In this document: piece by piece, positions 39,509 through 49,576 of the stretch
Layout: each line of letters opens with the position of its first letter
Numbering within the stretch: position 1 is the stretch's first letter
Assembly: GCA_017743375.1 (NCBI GenBank)
Contig: JAGHYX010000001.1
Span: 1-52,853, forward strand
Origin: Chloroflexota bacterium
Lineage (GTDB): Bacteria > Chloroflexota > Anaerolineae > J036 > Brachytrichaceae
Reading direction: 5' to 3'
Length of the DNA: 52,853 nucleotides
The notes under the pieces: model-generated
Seen by the model: only the letters and a program-made list of their open reading frames with translations
Database searches by the model: none
Told to the model about the DNA's origin: nothing
Made by a program: the position numbers and the translations under genes

Positions 39509-40659
39509 CGCTGCGCGCAGGCAGCCAGCACAGTCTCCAAAAAGCGTTGGCTGGCCGCATACACCCCGTCCGGATGGCGGTGCAGGTCGCCGCCGATCAG
39601 CAACACGGTGTCCACGCCATAGAGCGCCACCATGTCGGCCACCCGCCCGATGCTCATCCCGCCGGCCGGCGCGGGGAAGATCGGCTTAAGATGTCCCAGC
39701 GGCCGCCTGGCCGCCTCGGCGATCGCCAGACAATCTTCGCGGCTGAAGGAGAAGCGCCCGCCGAAGTTCGGGAAGATCGTCACGTCCGCGCCGGCCAGCC
39801 GGCCCAGCAACCCAAAGACCACCCCATGCGCCATGCCCGTGTATGGATACGTCACAAAGCTGCCCAGCAGGGCCGGGTGAAACAGGATCGGCAAGCCCAA
39901 CTGCGGGTCATCGGCCAGCGCTTGCATCCGGTCGTAGCCGACGATCCCCGGCGCGACCAAAAAGGCGCCCGCGCCGGCCTGTTTGGCCAGATAGGCGCGC
40001 TCCCATAAGGCCCTGCCCGGCGCGGTCACGTTCGGGGCATATACGCTGCGCCGACCGGTGCGCTGGTTGGCCTCCTGCACCGCCTCGGCACAGCGCTTCA
40101 CCCGCTCCGCATAAGGCGCGAAGACCTGATCGGCCAAACCGTGGTCGTCCTTGATCAGGTCAATGCCGCCGCGCGCGAAGTCGCCGGTCATCTGCGCCAG
40201 GGCTGCCGCCGACAAGCCCATCGGCTTGATCGCTGTGCACAGCAGCGGCCGCCCTGTCACCCCCAGCAATTCGCGCAGGCCGGCGACGCCGAAGCGCGGG
40301 CCGGCGTAGGCCGCTAGCAGGCTGTCCGGCAGCGCCAGGTCGGCCACCTGGATATCCGGCTTCATGCTGGTATTGCCGAAGACCACGTTCAAGAGCTGGG
40401 TGATCTCCAGGCCGGCGGTCTCAATCGCGTAGCTGATTTGGACGTGGAACAGCTGCTCGGCGCGCTGCTCCACCGACTCGATCCGCCCGAAGACGTGGGC
40501 GCGAATATCGTCGTCCGGGACCAGGTCGGCGGGGAATTCAACGGTTTGCTCGATGCAGATCTCCTCGGCCTTGCGCATGACCTCGTCGCGCGCGCCGGCG
40601 ATCTGGTAGGTAACGCGAAAGCGCGCTCCGCTGAGCGCGAGCTTCGTAGGTGCCAGCAT
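39505..40659 (-). CDS. RuBisCO-like protein (form IV, R. rubrum/DeepYkr type); probable 5-methylthioribulose-1-P isomerase
   Basis: IEQTVE, FGN, GPRFG, KPMG, GGIDLIKDDHGLADQ (His in place of the RuBisCO Glu), PAPAGG motifs. Confidence 0.88.
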   Translation of the reverse strand: MLAPTKLALSGARFRVTYQIAGARDEVMRKAEEICIEQTVEFPADLVPDDDIRAHVFGRIESVEQRAEQLFHVQISYAIETAGLEITQLLNVVFGNTSMKPDIQVADLALPDSLLAAYAGPRFGVAGLRELLGVTGRPLLCTAIKPMGLSAAALAQMTGDFARGGIDLIKDDHGLADQVFAPYAERVKRCAEAVQEANQRTGRRSVYAPNVTAPGRALWERAYLAKQAGAGAFLVAPGIVGYDRMQALADDPQLGLPILFHPALLGSFVTYPYTGMAHGVVFGLLGRLAGADVTIFPNFGGRFSFSREDCLAIAEAARRPLGHLKPIFPAPAGGMSIGRVADMVALYGVDTVLLIGGDLHRHPDGVYAASQRFLETVLAACAQR

Positions 40660-40663
40660 GGCG

Positions 40664-41713
40664 TCAGCGCGCCTCCGACCGGCTGCGCACGGCGCGGGCC
40701 AGCCCTTCCTCGTAGGGCGGATAGACCACGCCCGCCTCGGTGATGATCGCGGTGATCAAGTGAGCCGGCGTCACGTCGAAGGCGTAGTTCAGCACCGGCG
40801 ACCCCTCCGGCACCACGCGGGTCGCGCCGACGCAGGCCACCTCGTCTGCGCCGCGCTCTTCGATGGGGATCTCGTCGCCGCTGCGGATGCTCAAGTCAAT
40901 CGTGCTGGTGGGCGCGGCGACGTAAAACGGCACGCCGTGCGCCCTGGCGACCAGCGCCAGGTTATATGTGCCGATCTTATTGGCGGTGTCGCCGTTGGCC
41001 GCGATGCGATCGGCCCCGACGATGCAGAGGTCCACCTTGTGGCGCCGCATCACGAAGCCAGACGCGCCGTCCACGATCACGGTGTGCGGCACACCGAGCT
41101 GATTCAGCTCCCAGGCCGAGAGCTTGGCGCCTTGCAGGCGCGGGCGCGTCTCGTCCAGATAGACGTGGATGCGCTTGCCGATCTCATGCGCGTAGCGGAT
41201 CACCCCCAGCGCTGTGCCATAGTCCACCGTCGCCAGGCTGCCGGTGTTGCAATGGTGGATGATCGTCGCGCCGTCGGGCACGAGGGATTGGCCGTGCTGG
41301 GCGATCCGCTTGTTCACCGCGACGTCCTCTTCGGCGATCGCGTGCGCCTCGCTGAGCACGAGCGCGCGCAGGGCGTCGGCGTCCAGCGCATGGTTGGCGT
41401 GGACCTTGTCCATGACGCGCTGGATGGCCCAAAAGAGGTTCACCGCCGTCGGGCGCGAGCGGCGCAACACCTCGGCGGCCTCTTCTAGCGCGTCCAGCAA
41501 GCGCTCAGCCGGCGCGCGCTGGGCGGCCAGCGCCAACCCGTAGGCCGCCGCGGCGCCGATGGCCGGCGCGCCGCGCACGACCATCGTCCGGATCGCCTCG
41601 GCCACCTCCCGCGCGTCGCCTAAATCCAGGTATATCGTCTCCGCCGGCAGCCGGCGCTGATCGAGCAGGCGCAGCGCGCTGCCCGTCCATTCGAGGGTGC
41701 GAAAGTGGGTCAT
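40664..41713 (-). CDS. mtnA: S-methyl-5-thioribose-1-phosphate isomerase
   Basis: [55 protein letters not shown] motifs. Confidence 0.96.
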   Translation of the reverse strand: MTHFRTLEWTGSALRLLDQRRLPAETIYLDLGDAREVAEAIRTMVVRGAPAIGAAAAYGLALAAQRAPAERLLDALEEAAEVLRRSRPTAVNLFWAIQRVMDKVHANHALDADALRALVLSEAHAIAEEDVAVNKRIAQHGQSLVPDGATIIHHCNTGSLATVDYGTALGVIRYAHEIGKRIHVYLDETRPRLQGAKLSAWELNQLGVPHTVIVDGASGFVMRRHKVDLCIVGADRIAANGDTANKIGTYNLALVARAHGVPFYVAAPTSTIDLSIRSGDEIPIEERGADEVACVGATRVVPEGSPVLNYAFDVTPAHLITAIITEAGVVYPPYEEGLARAVRSRSEAR

Positions 41714-42933
41714 GCTATCTCCGGTTTGGCATCCGTCATCATCTCGACGGCCTGCGCGATCCGCTCGACGCCCCGCCGCTGCTTGAGCCAGGCGATTGCG
41801 ATGTTCAGGCCCAGGCTCTCGGCCCGCGCGCGGATGGTCACGTCGTCAATCGTCCAGAAGTCGTGCACATGCGCCATGCCGATCAGCCGGCGCATCATCT
41901 CCGCCGCGCCGAAGCCCAGCGCGTCTTGAAGGAGCTGGCGCATGTACTTGTGGCGGAACATGGCCGAGGGCCAGTCGCCGTTGCCGTGCGCTTCCCAGAG
42001 CGCCAGGAACTCTTGTTCAAAGATCGTCCAGGTGCGCGCGATCAGGTCGGCCAGCCAGCGGCGGTAGTCGGCGCGGGTTTGCGCGTCCTTGGCGTGGTAT
42101 TCCTGTGCAGCATACGAGAGCGCCAGGTTGCCCAGATACGACCCGACATCGTGACCGATTGGGCCGAAGAAGGCGAACTCTGGATCCACCACCTTGGTCT
42201 CTTGCTCGTTGAGCATGATCGAGCCGGTGTGCAGATCATTGTGAATGAGGGCCTGGGCGTGGGTCATGTAGCGCTCTTTGAGCAACAGGACCTCCGAGCG
42301 CAGGTCGTCATCGGCATACACCCTGCGCACTTGCGGCTCCAGCAGCTTCGTCCAGCGATTGTTGGGGTGGTCTATGTAAGGCTGGGTGAAGACCAGGTCC
42401 TCCTGGACCTTGCACAGCACTGGATTGATGAACTTGGGCAGCAGCGCTTTCTTATCCCCGGAGCTGAGATAGAGGTCAGATGTGTAGAACAGCGTGCGCG
42501 CCATATATACGCCCATGTGCTGGTCCACGTTTGGATACTTGATCTGCTGCATCAGCCCCTCGCGCATCACCAGGTGACGGTTGAGGTCCTCAAGGACCAG
42601 GATATGGCGCGCGTCGTCGTAGTGATAGACCTTTGGCGTCTGTTCCGGGCAATAGCGCGCCTGGTGCTCGAGGAAGGCGTGTTCGATCCGCGATCGCTCC
42701 GGCGGCATCTTAAAGTCCGGATAGCGCCAAGCGTAGGGCAGCGCCTGCTTGACGATCACGCTCTTGCTCGGATCGTCAGCCGCCGCAACGCGAAAGATCA
42801 GGTTCACGTTGCCCTCCGCAATCTGTCGGCAGGCGAACGAAGAGACGCCGTCGAAGCATTCGGGGAAGATCGGCAGCGTCTTCACGTAGTCCAGAACAGT
42901 TTCCTCGTTCAGGGGAACGATCTCTGTTTCCAT
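41710..42933 (-). CDS. mtnK: S-methyl-5-thioribose kinase
   Basis: [30 protein letters not shown] motifs. Confidence 0.94.
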   Translation of the reverse strand: METEIVPLNEETVLDYVKTLPIFPECFDGVSSFACRQIAEGNVNLIFRVAAADDPSKSVIVKQALPYAWRYPDFKMPPERSRIEHAFLEHQARYCPEQTPKVYHYDDARHILVLEDLNRHLVMREGLMQQIKYPNVDQHMGVYMARTLFYTSDLYLSSGDKKALLPKFINPVLCKVQEDLVFTQPYIDHPNNRWTKLLEPQVRRVYADDDLRSEVLLLKERYMTHAQALIHNDLHTGSIMLNEQETKVVDPEFAFFGPIGHDVGSYLGNLALSYAAQEYHAKDAQTRADYRRWLADLIARTWTIFEQEFLALWEAHGNGDWPSAMFRHKYMRQLLQDALGFGAAEMMRRLIGMAHVHDFWTIDDVTIRARAESLGLNIAIAWLKQRRGVERIAQAVEMMTDAKPEIA

Positions 42934-42946
42934 GTCAACTCCAGGT

Positions 42947-44005
42947 TTAACGGCGAGTGGTGTAGTAGCTCAGGCCCAGCGAGACGATCAACACCAGGCC
43001 CTTGATCACGTCTTGGACATACCAGGCGATGTTCAGCATAGTCAGCCCGTTCAGCATCACCCCGACGAACACCGCGCCCAGCACCGTGCCGATCACGTTG
43101 GCGCGGCGGGCGTTGAGCACGGCGAAGCCGAAGAAGGTGGCGGCCACGCCATCCAGCAGATAAGGATCGCCGGACTTCACCGCGCCGGAGCCGATCCGCG
43201 CCGCCAGCACGAGGCCGCCGACGGTCGCCAGCACCGCGCTGATCACATAGGCGATCGTGCGCACCTTATCCACGTCAATGCCGGAGAGGCGCGCCGCCTC
43301 GCTGTTGCCCCCTACGGCATAGAAGATGCGTCCGTAGCGCGTCAGCTCCAGAAAGACGAAGGCGATGATCGCCACCCCTAGCATGATCAGCACGGGGATG
43401 GGGATGCCGCGAAAGCCCTCGCTGGCGAACACAAACCCTTGCCCAAAGCGCAGGAAGTCCGGATGGATTGCCCCCTCGGCGATGGCGCGCGTTGGACTCC
43501 ACGGGTTGGTCATCCCCTTATACACCGCGTCCCCTTTGGTGATGCTCATCTGGAGGCCCTGCACCAGGTAGAGCACGCCCAACGTCGCCAGCAGGTCGGG
43601 GATGCGCAGGCGGATGATCAGAAAGGCGTTGAGCAGGCCGACCAGCGCGCCGACGGCCAGACAGATCAGCACGGCCAGATACCATGGAACCTGCCAGATC
43701 ACCATCAGCGCCGTCGAGAGGATGACGGCCAAACCGGTCACTGCGCCGACGGATACATCGAAGCCGCGCACCACCACGGAGAAGGTGATCCCCAGCGCCA
43801 CGATCGTCAGGATCGAGACAGCGCGCAGGATGTCCAGGATGTTATCCAGCGAGGAGAACGTCTCCGTGCGCAGCGAGAAGAACAACGAGACGAGGATCAA
43901 GGTGAGGATCAGCCCGTAGCGTAGGAAGAAGTCGGAGAGCCACTTGCCGAGGTCAAGGGACGGCCCCTCGCGCTGGGCAAGCGGGGGAAGTTTCATCTTG
44001 AACAT
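42947..44005 (-). CDS. Sugar ABC transporter permease (RbsC type)
   Basis: FDVSVG, LLATLG, YAVGGNSEAARLSGI motifs. Confidence 0.94.
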   Translation of the reverse strand: MFKMKLPPLAQREGPSLDLGKWLSDFFLRYGLILTLILVSLFFSLRTETFSSLDNILDILRAVSILTIVALGITFSVVVRGFDVSVGAVTGLAVILSTALMVIWQVPWYLAVLICLAVGALVGLLNAFLIIRLRIPDLLATLGVLYLVQGLQMSITKGDAVYKGMTNPWSPTRAIAEGAIHPDFLRFGQGFVFASEGFRGIPIPVLIMLGVAIIAFVFLELTRYGRIFYAVGGNSEAARLSGIDVDKVRTIAYVISAVLATVGGLVLAARIGSGAVKSGDPYLLDGVAATFFGFAVLNARRANVIGTVLGAVFVGVMLNGLTMLNIAWYVQDVIKGLVLIVSLGLSYYTTRR

Positions 44006-44010
44006 CGTGT

Positions 44011-45522
44011 TCAGCTCCTCACATGGACTGTGCTGGCGGCAAGCCGCATTACCGCTTGGCGGTCGGCCTGCTCAGCCTCGAACTCGCCGACGAACTGCCC
44101 ATCGCGCATGACCAACACGCGGTCGGCTACGCCCAGCACTTCATCTATGTCCGACGAAGCGAAGATCACCGCCGCGCTGCGGGCCAGCTCGCGCATGATC
44201 GCGTATAGTTCCCGCTTGGCGCCCACGTCAATCCCCTGCGTCGCCTCGTCGAACAGGATCACCGCCGGCGCGCCGAACAGCCACTTGCCAACCACCACCT
44301 TCTGCTGGTTGCCGCCGCTGAGGTGTTTGGCCGGCAGGTCGGGCTTGCGCGGGACCAACTTTAGGCGATCCATCAATTGCAACACGCGCGCGTATTCCTT
44401 GCTGGGCCGCATGAAACCAAGCCGGCTGAAATCGCGGATGAACGGCAAAGTGACGTTCATTCGGACGGGCTCCTCGACCAGCAGGCCCAGGTTGCGCCGG
44501 TCCTCCGGGATCAAATACACACCATGTCGGACGGCGTCTTTGGGCAGGTGGAAGCGCACTGGCTTGCCGTTGAGGTAGATCTCGCCGCGGTCGGGTTGCT
44601 CGCAGCCGAAGAGCACGCGGAGCAGCTCGGTCTTCCCTGCGCCGGTCAGGCCGGCGATCCCCAGCACTTCGCCTTGATAAACGTCAAAAGAGATGTCCTT
44701 CAAGCGCGCCCCCCAGCACAGGCCGCGCACCTCCATCACCAGGCGCCGTTCAGCAGCCGGCTGGCGCTTGGGGTATAGCTCGCCCGGCGGCGCGCCCAGC
44801 ATGGCCTCAACGCCTTTGGCGATGTCAAACGCCTCGCCGACGAAGTGGGCCACCTTTTGCCCGTTGCGCAGCACGGTCACTTCATCGGCGATCTCCTGGA
44901 TCTCGGCTAGGCGATGAGAGACGTAGAGAAAGGCGACGCCGCGCTGTTTCAGCTCGCGCATGATCTCGAACAACCGCTCGGCATCGCGGATGCTCAGCGC
45001 CGCCGTCGGCTCATCGAGGATCAAGAACGGCGCACGGCGCGACACGGCCCGCGCGATCACCAAAAGCTGCTTCTGCGGCAGCGAAAGGTCGGCGGCCTGG
45101 GCGCGCACGTCTATCTCTAGGCCCAGCTCATCCACGATCTGCTGCGCCTGGCGATACAGCGCTTGTTTGCGGATGAAGAGGCCGCTTCCGGGCGCAGCCA
45201 GTTGCTCGATCAAAAGGTTCTCCGCCGCGCTCAGGTATGGCACCAGCGTCGTGTCCACCTCCTGATGGACGACTTCGATGCCGGCGCGGAAGGCATCCGC
45301 CGGTCGGCGGATAGCGACTGGACGGCCGTTGATCTCGATCCGTCCCTCGTATGCGTCGTAATAGCCAGTCAGGATTTTGATCAGGGTGCTCTTGCCGGCC
45401 CCGTTCGCGCCGATCAGGGCGTGGACGCTGCCGCCATGCAGCGCCAAGTCCACTCCATCCAGCGCGACGACGCCCGGAAAGGTCTTGCGCAAGCCGGTTG
45501 CTCGCAGCGATGTCATCGCCAT
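44011..45522 (-). CDS. Sugar ABC transporter ATP-binding protein (RbsA type, two NBDs)
   Basis: GANGAGKST, LDEPT, PEDR, LSGGNQQK motifs. Confidence 0.95.
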   Translation of the reverse strand: MAMTSLRATGLRKTFPGVVALDGVDLALHGGSVHALIGANGAGKSTLIKILTGYYDAYEGRIEINGRPVAIRRPADAFRAGIEVVHQEVDTTLVPYLSAAENLLIEQLAAPGSGLFIRKQALYRQAQQIVDELGLEIDVRAQAADLSLPQKQLLVIARAVSRRAPFLILDEPTAALSIRDAERLFEIMRELKQRGVAFLYVSHRLAEIQEIADEVTVLRNGQKVAHFVGEAFDIAKGVEAMLGAPPGELYPKRQPAAERRLVMEVRGLCWGARLKDISFDVYQGEVLGIAGLTGAGKTELLRVLFGCEQPDRGEIYLNGKPVRFHLPKDAVRHGVYLIPEDRRNLGLLVEEPVRMNVTLPFIRDFSRLGFMRPSKEYARVLQLMDRLKLVPRKPDLPAKHLSGGNQQKVVVGKWLFGAPAVILFDEATQGIDVGAKRELYAIMRELARSAAVIFASSDIDEVLGVADRVLVMRDGQFVGEFEAEQADRQAVMRLAASTVHVRS

Positions 45523-45531
45523 CGGTGAGGT

Positions 45532-45564
45532 GCCTGGGGGTGAAGCCGAAGCTCACCCCCAGGC
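45532..45564. terminator. 12-bp stem-loop just after the SBP stop codon (mRNA stabiliser)
   Basis: GCCTGGGGGTGA-N9-TCACCCCCAGGC. Confidence 0.65.
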
Positions 45565-45575
45565 GAAGCCGGCGT

Positions 45576-47753
45576 TTATTTGCCGGCCAGCGTGCACATC
45601 CAGGGGAACCAGTTGAGCGAGGACTCACCCAGGGCCGGCATCGCCTTGATCAGCTCCTCCATGTTCGTCACCTTGTTCTCCAGCAGAAACTCCCGCGTGA
45701 TCAACTGCGGCGGCACCAGCAGATACTTCTCCACCTTCTCCCCTGCCACCAGCGCCGCTGCCGTCCGCACCGCCAGCCGGCCCACGCTATACGAGTCCGT
45801 CGCCACCGTTGCCACCCACGGACTCCCCTCCGCCGTCATCATCTGAATGTCCTCGTTCGTGATGTCCACCGAATACACCCGATACTGCGCCGCCTTCCCC
45901 GCCTGCGTGATCGCGCGCACCGCCCCCTTCGCAAACTCGTTCCACATCGCCACCACTACGTTCGCCTGCGGATACTCCCGCATCGCCGCCTCCATCCGCG
46001 TCTGCGTGTCCGCCGCCGTGTTGTCCGTCACCGCGCCGATCTTCACCACCTCCTTCAGCCCCGGATAGCGCCACTTGAAGTCCTGCCACAGCCGGTCGCG
46101 CTTGTCCAGCGGCGCAAACCCGCCCACGTTCACATACACCACGTCCGCTCGCCCGGCATGGTCCATCGCCACCTTCTTCGACAGCATGAACCCGATCAGC
46201 ATGTCGTCCTGCTCGATCTCAGGCACGTTCGGGTTGTCCACCACCAGGTCGAAGCTGACCACCTTGATGCCCTTCGCCAGCGCCTCTTCGATCTTCGGCA
46301 TCAGCGGGTCGGGCCGGCCGTGGTCCACGATGATCGCGTCCACCCCCTGCTGGATGTAGTTCTCCATCGCGGTGACCATCTTCGCCATGTCCCCGCGCGC
46401 GGTGGCCTCCAGCAGCTCCACCCCCAGCTCTTTGGCCATCGACTGCGCGCCGGCCAGGTAGCGCTCGAAGAATGACCCTTCGCCCACCTCGCGCACCAGC
46501 GCGATCCGCACCTTCTTGTTCGCGTCGCCGAACGGCGCGGGGATCTTGTCGCTCTTGACCTGACAGATCGGCTCGGCGCTTGCTTCCTGAGCGCCGGCAG
46601 GCGCGGCCGCCACCTGCGGCATGCTGTAGCCGTTGCGGGCGAGCAGCTTCTCCATCCAGGGGAACCAGTTGAGCGAGGACTCACCCAGGGCCGGCATCGC
46701 CTTGATCAGCTCCTCCATGTTCGTCACCTTGTTCTCCAGCAGAAACTCCCGCGTGATCAACTGCGGCGGCACCAGCAGATACTTCTCCACCTTCTCCCCT
46801 GCCACCAGCGCCGCTGCCGTCCGCACCGCCAGCCGGCCCACGCTATACGAGTCCGTCGCCACCGTTGCCACCCACGGACTCCCCTCCGCCGTCATCATCT
46901 GAATGTCCTCGTTCGTGATGTCCACCGAATACACCCGATACTGCGCCGCCTTCCCCGCCTGCGTGATCGCGCGCACCGCCCCCTTCGCAAACTCGTTCCA
47001 CATCGCCACCACTACGTTCGCCTGCGGATACTCCCGCATCGCCGCCTCCATCCGCGTCTGCGTGTCCGCCGCCGTGTTGTCCGTCACCGCGCCGATCTTC
47101 ACCACCTCCTTCAGCCCCGGATAGCGCCACTTGAAGTCCTGCCACAGCCGGTCGCGCTTGTCCAGCGGCGCAAACCCGCCCACGTTCACATACACCACGT
47201 CCGCTCGCCCGGCATGGTCCATCGCCACCTTCTTCGACAGCATGAACCCGATCAGCATGTCGTCCTGCTCGATCTCAGGCACGTTCGGGTTGTCCACCAC
47301 CAGGTCGAAGCTGACCACCTTGATGCCCTTCGCCAGCGCCTCTTCGATCTTCGGCATCAGCGGGTCGGGCCGGCCGTGGTCCACGATGATCGCGTCCACC
47401 CCCTGCTGGATGTAGTTCTCCATCGCGGTGACCATCTTCGCCATGTCCCCGCGCGCGGTGGCCTCCAGCAGCTCCACCCCCAGCTCTTTGGCCATCGACT
47501 GCGCGCCGGCCAGGTAGCGCTCGAAGAATGACCCTTCGCCCACCTCGCGCACCAGCGCGATCCGCACCTTCTTATTCGGATCAGCGAAGGGGGCGGGAAT
47601 GCCCTCTGGGGTCAACGCCGGGGCTTGTTCTTTAGGGGCCGGCGTTGCCTGCTGCGCCGCCGGCGCTTGTGGCGTGGCCTGCGGCGCCGCACAACTCACC
47701 AACACAAACGACGTCGCGACAAGCGCGTGAACGAGAAAACGACTTGGTTTCAT
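45576..47753 (-). CDS. Substrate-binding lipoprotein with two tandem RbsB-type domains
   Basis: Lipobox LVSC; two identical ~307-aa periplasmic binding domains (GVDAIIVDHG, VVSFD, VYSVD). Confidence 0.92.
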   Translation of the reverse strand: MKPSRFLVHALVATSFVLVSCAAPQATPQAPAAQQATPAPKEQAPALTPEGIPAPFADPNKKVRIALVREVGEGSFFERYLAGAQSMAKELGVELLEATARGDMAKMVTAMENYIQQGVDAIIVDHGRPDPLMPKIEEALAKGIKVVSFDLVVDNPNVPEIEQDDMLIGFMLSKKVAMDHAGRADVVYVNVGGFAPLDKRDRLWQDFKWRYPGLKEVVKIGAVTDNTAADTQTRMEAAMREYPQANVVVAMWNEFAKGAVRAITQAGKAAQYRVYSVDITNEDIQMMTAEGSPWVATVATDSYSVGRLAVRTAAALVAGEKVEKYLLVPPQLITREFLLENKVTNMEELIKAMPALGESSLNWFPWMEKLLARNGYSMPQVAAAPAGAQEASAEPICQVKSDKIPAPFGDANKKVRIALVREVGEGSFFERYLAGAQSMAKELGVELLEATARGDMAKMVTAMENYIQQGVDAIIVDHGRPDPLMPKIEEALAKGIKVVSFDLVVDNPNVPEIEQDDMLIGFMLSKKVAMDHAGRADVVYVNVGGFAPLDKRDRLWQDFKWRYPGLKEVVKIGAVTDNTAADTQTRMEAAMREYPQANVVVAMWNEFAKGAVRAITQAGKAAQYRVYSVDITNEDIQMMTAEGSPWVATVATDSYSVGRLAVRTAAALVAGEKVEKYLLVPPQLITREFLLENKVTNMEELIKAMPALGESSLNWFPWMCTLAGK
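45597..46517. repeat. 921-bp intragenic direct repeat, copy 1
   Basis: Identical by eye to 46653-47573 (offset 1056); shadow ORFs of the two copies also match. Confidence 0.95.
46653..47573. repeat. 921-bp intragenic direct repeat, copy 2
   Basis: Identical to 45597-46517. Confidence 0.95.
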
Positions 47754-47771
47754 CTATATCCTCCTTAAGAC

Positions 47772-48197
47772 TTAATTAGTTTCCGGAACAGCCGACGCTG
47801 TTCGTGAAGCCTGGTCATGCGCGTATTTCTCCTTCGGCGGGATGACGCAAATAAAGCCCAGGGGTTGATCGGGAGGCGCCTTGAACTGATGGACCTCATT
47901 GGGCGCGATGAATATCGCATCGCCCACGCCGATCGGATGCCAGGTGTCGCCGAGCAGCACCTGCCCACCGCCCTGTACGATGATCACCCCATGGGGGTGC
48001 GGATGACTCTCGTAGGACGAATGCCCGCCCGGAGGGATGGTGAAGTAGCGGATGATGAAGTCCTGGGCGCCCTCGTCGCGCCCGATCAGGATGCGGCGCA
48101 CGGCGCCCGGCGCAGCGCCGCCTTCATACACGTGCGCGCGCACCGTGCTGTAGTCCCACGTGCCGGTTGGGTTGAGCTGGCGATGAATCACTCCCAT
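47772..48197 (-). CDS. Cupin-domain protein; candidate 1-methylthioxylulose-5-P methylsulfurylase
   Basis: RYF..PGGHSSYESHPHPH, HQF and PLGFIC (Cys) motifs; RBS GAGAGGAG before ATG 48197; operonic with the RLP. Confidence 0.75.
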   Translation of the reverse strand: MGVIHRQLNPTGTWDYSTVRAHVYEGGAAPGAVRRILIGRDEGAQDFIIRYFTIPPGGHSSYESHPHPHGVIIVQGGGQVLLGDTWHPIGVGDAIFIAPNEVHQFKAPPDQPLGFICVIPPKEKYAHDQASRTASAVPETN

Positions 48198-48229
48198 AAG
48201 CAATTGCTCCTCTCTTTTGGCTTGGCAGC

Positions 48230-49561
48230 TCACAACAGCAGCCCGGGCCGCTCCAGCCCGCGCTGTAGGTCGCTCAAAAAGCGCCCCACCTGCGCCCCGT
48301 CCACAACGCGGTGGTCGGCGCTCACCGTGAACGTGGCCATGGGGGCGATCCGCGTCTGCCCATCGTCAGCGGGCACGACGCGCTTCGTCGCGCGCCCGAC
48401 GGCCAGGATGGCAGCCTGGGGCGGGTTGACGATCGCCGTGAAGCGGTCCACGGCAAACATGCCCAGGTTGGAGATGGTGAACGTGCCGCCTTGCACATCG
48501 GCCAGCGTCAGCCGGCCCTCGCGCCCGCGCTGCGCCACATCGTTCAGCCGCGCGGCCACCTCCAGCAGGCTCAGCCGATCGGCGTGGTGAATCACCGGCA
48601 CGATCAACCCCTCATCTACGGTCACAGCCACGCCGATGTTGATGTCGCTCCACTCCACGATCATCTCGTCCTCAAAACCGGCGTTTAGCGCCGGATGCCC
48701 TCGCAGCGCCCAGGCGCAGGCCTTGACCAGCAGCGCGGTCAACGTCACCTTCGGTTGCCCTTCCGCTTGCGTCGCGCGCCAGTCCTCGACGATCGCCAGC
48801 GCGCGGCTCATGTCCACGTCAACGCTGACGTTGAACTGTGGGGCCTCGCGCGTGCTCTGGCTCATCCGCTGCGCGATCGTGCGGCGCATGCCGCTCAGCG
48901 GGATGCGCTGGCGCACCGCCGGCCCGCGCTGCGGCTCCGCTGTGCTCGGCGACGCAGGGGCAGGCGCAGCTTGGATCGCGACCTGCGCTTCTGCGACGCG
49001 CGCCACGTCGGCGGACTGGATGCGCCCTCCCGGCCCGCTGCCGCTGACTTGCGCTAAAGCGACGCCCAGCTCCCCTGCCAGCCGGCGCGCAGCGGGCACA
49101 GCGGCCACCTTGTCACCGCTCACTTCAGCCCGGCCGGCGCTGCGCTGTTTGGCGATGAAGGCCTCGACGTCTTGGCGGGTGATCTGGCCGTCGCGGCCTG
49201 TGCCCGGCACTTGGCTCAGATCAATCCCGTGCTCGTCAGCCAGCTTCTGCGCGATCGGCGTCGCCTTGACGGCCCGTTCGGCGGGCGCGTTCGCCGGCGA
49301 AGGGGTGGGCGCGATGGCCTCCCCGGCGGCAGCGAGATAAGCGATCGGTTGGCCGATCGGCACGCGCGCGCCCGGCTCGGCCAGCACCTGCGCCAGCACC
49401 CCATCGGCGGGCGACTCGACCTCCATGGTGATCTTGTCGGTCTCCACCTCCAGGATGGCCTCGCCCTTGTGCACGGGGTCGCCGACCTGCTTCAGCCAGC
49501 GAACGATCGTCCCGCTCTCCTGGGCCATCTCGAACTTGGGCATGATGATGGGGATCGCCAT
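48230..49561 (-). CDS. Dihydrolipoamide acyltransferase E2 (AcoC-like)
   Basis: Lipoyl motif ETDK, two peripheral subunit-binding domains, TISNLG, catalytic DHRVVDG. Confidence 0.93.
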   Translation of the reverse strand: MAIPIIMPKFEMAQESGTIVRWLKQVGDPVHKGEAILEVETDKITMEVESPADGVLAQVLAEPGARVPIGQPIAYLAAAGEAIAPTPSPANAPAERAVKATPIAQKLADEHGIDLSQVPGTGRDGQITRQDVEAFIAKQRSAGRAEVSGDKVAAVPAARRLAGELGVALAQVSGSGPGGRIQSADVARVAEAQVAIQAAPAPASPSTAEPQRGPAVRQRIPLSGMRRTIAQRMSQSTREAPQFNVSVDVDMSRALAIVEDWRATQAEGQPKVTLTALLVKACAWALRGHPALNAGFEDEMIVEWSDINIGVAVTVDEGLIVPVIHHADRLSLLEVAARLNDVAQRGREGRLTLADVQGGTFTISNLGMFAVDRFTAIVNPPQAAILAVGRATKRVVPADDGQTRIAPMATFTVSADHRVVDGAQVGRFLSDLQRGLERPGLLL

Positions 49562-49576
49562 GGCTGGCTCCTTTCT

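Noticed and set aside
39505-40659. Bona fide CO2-fixing RuBisCO or canonical MtnW methionine salvage
   Set aside because: Only 384 aa with KDDH rather than KDDE; no small subunit, prk, mtnB, mtnX or mtnD nearby
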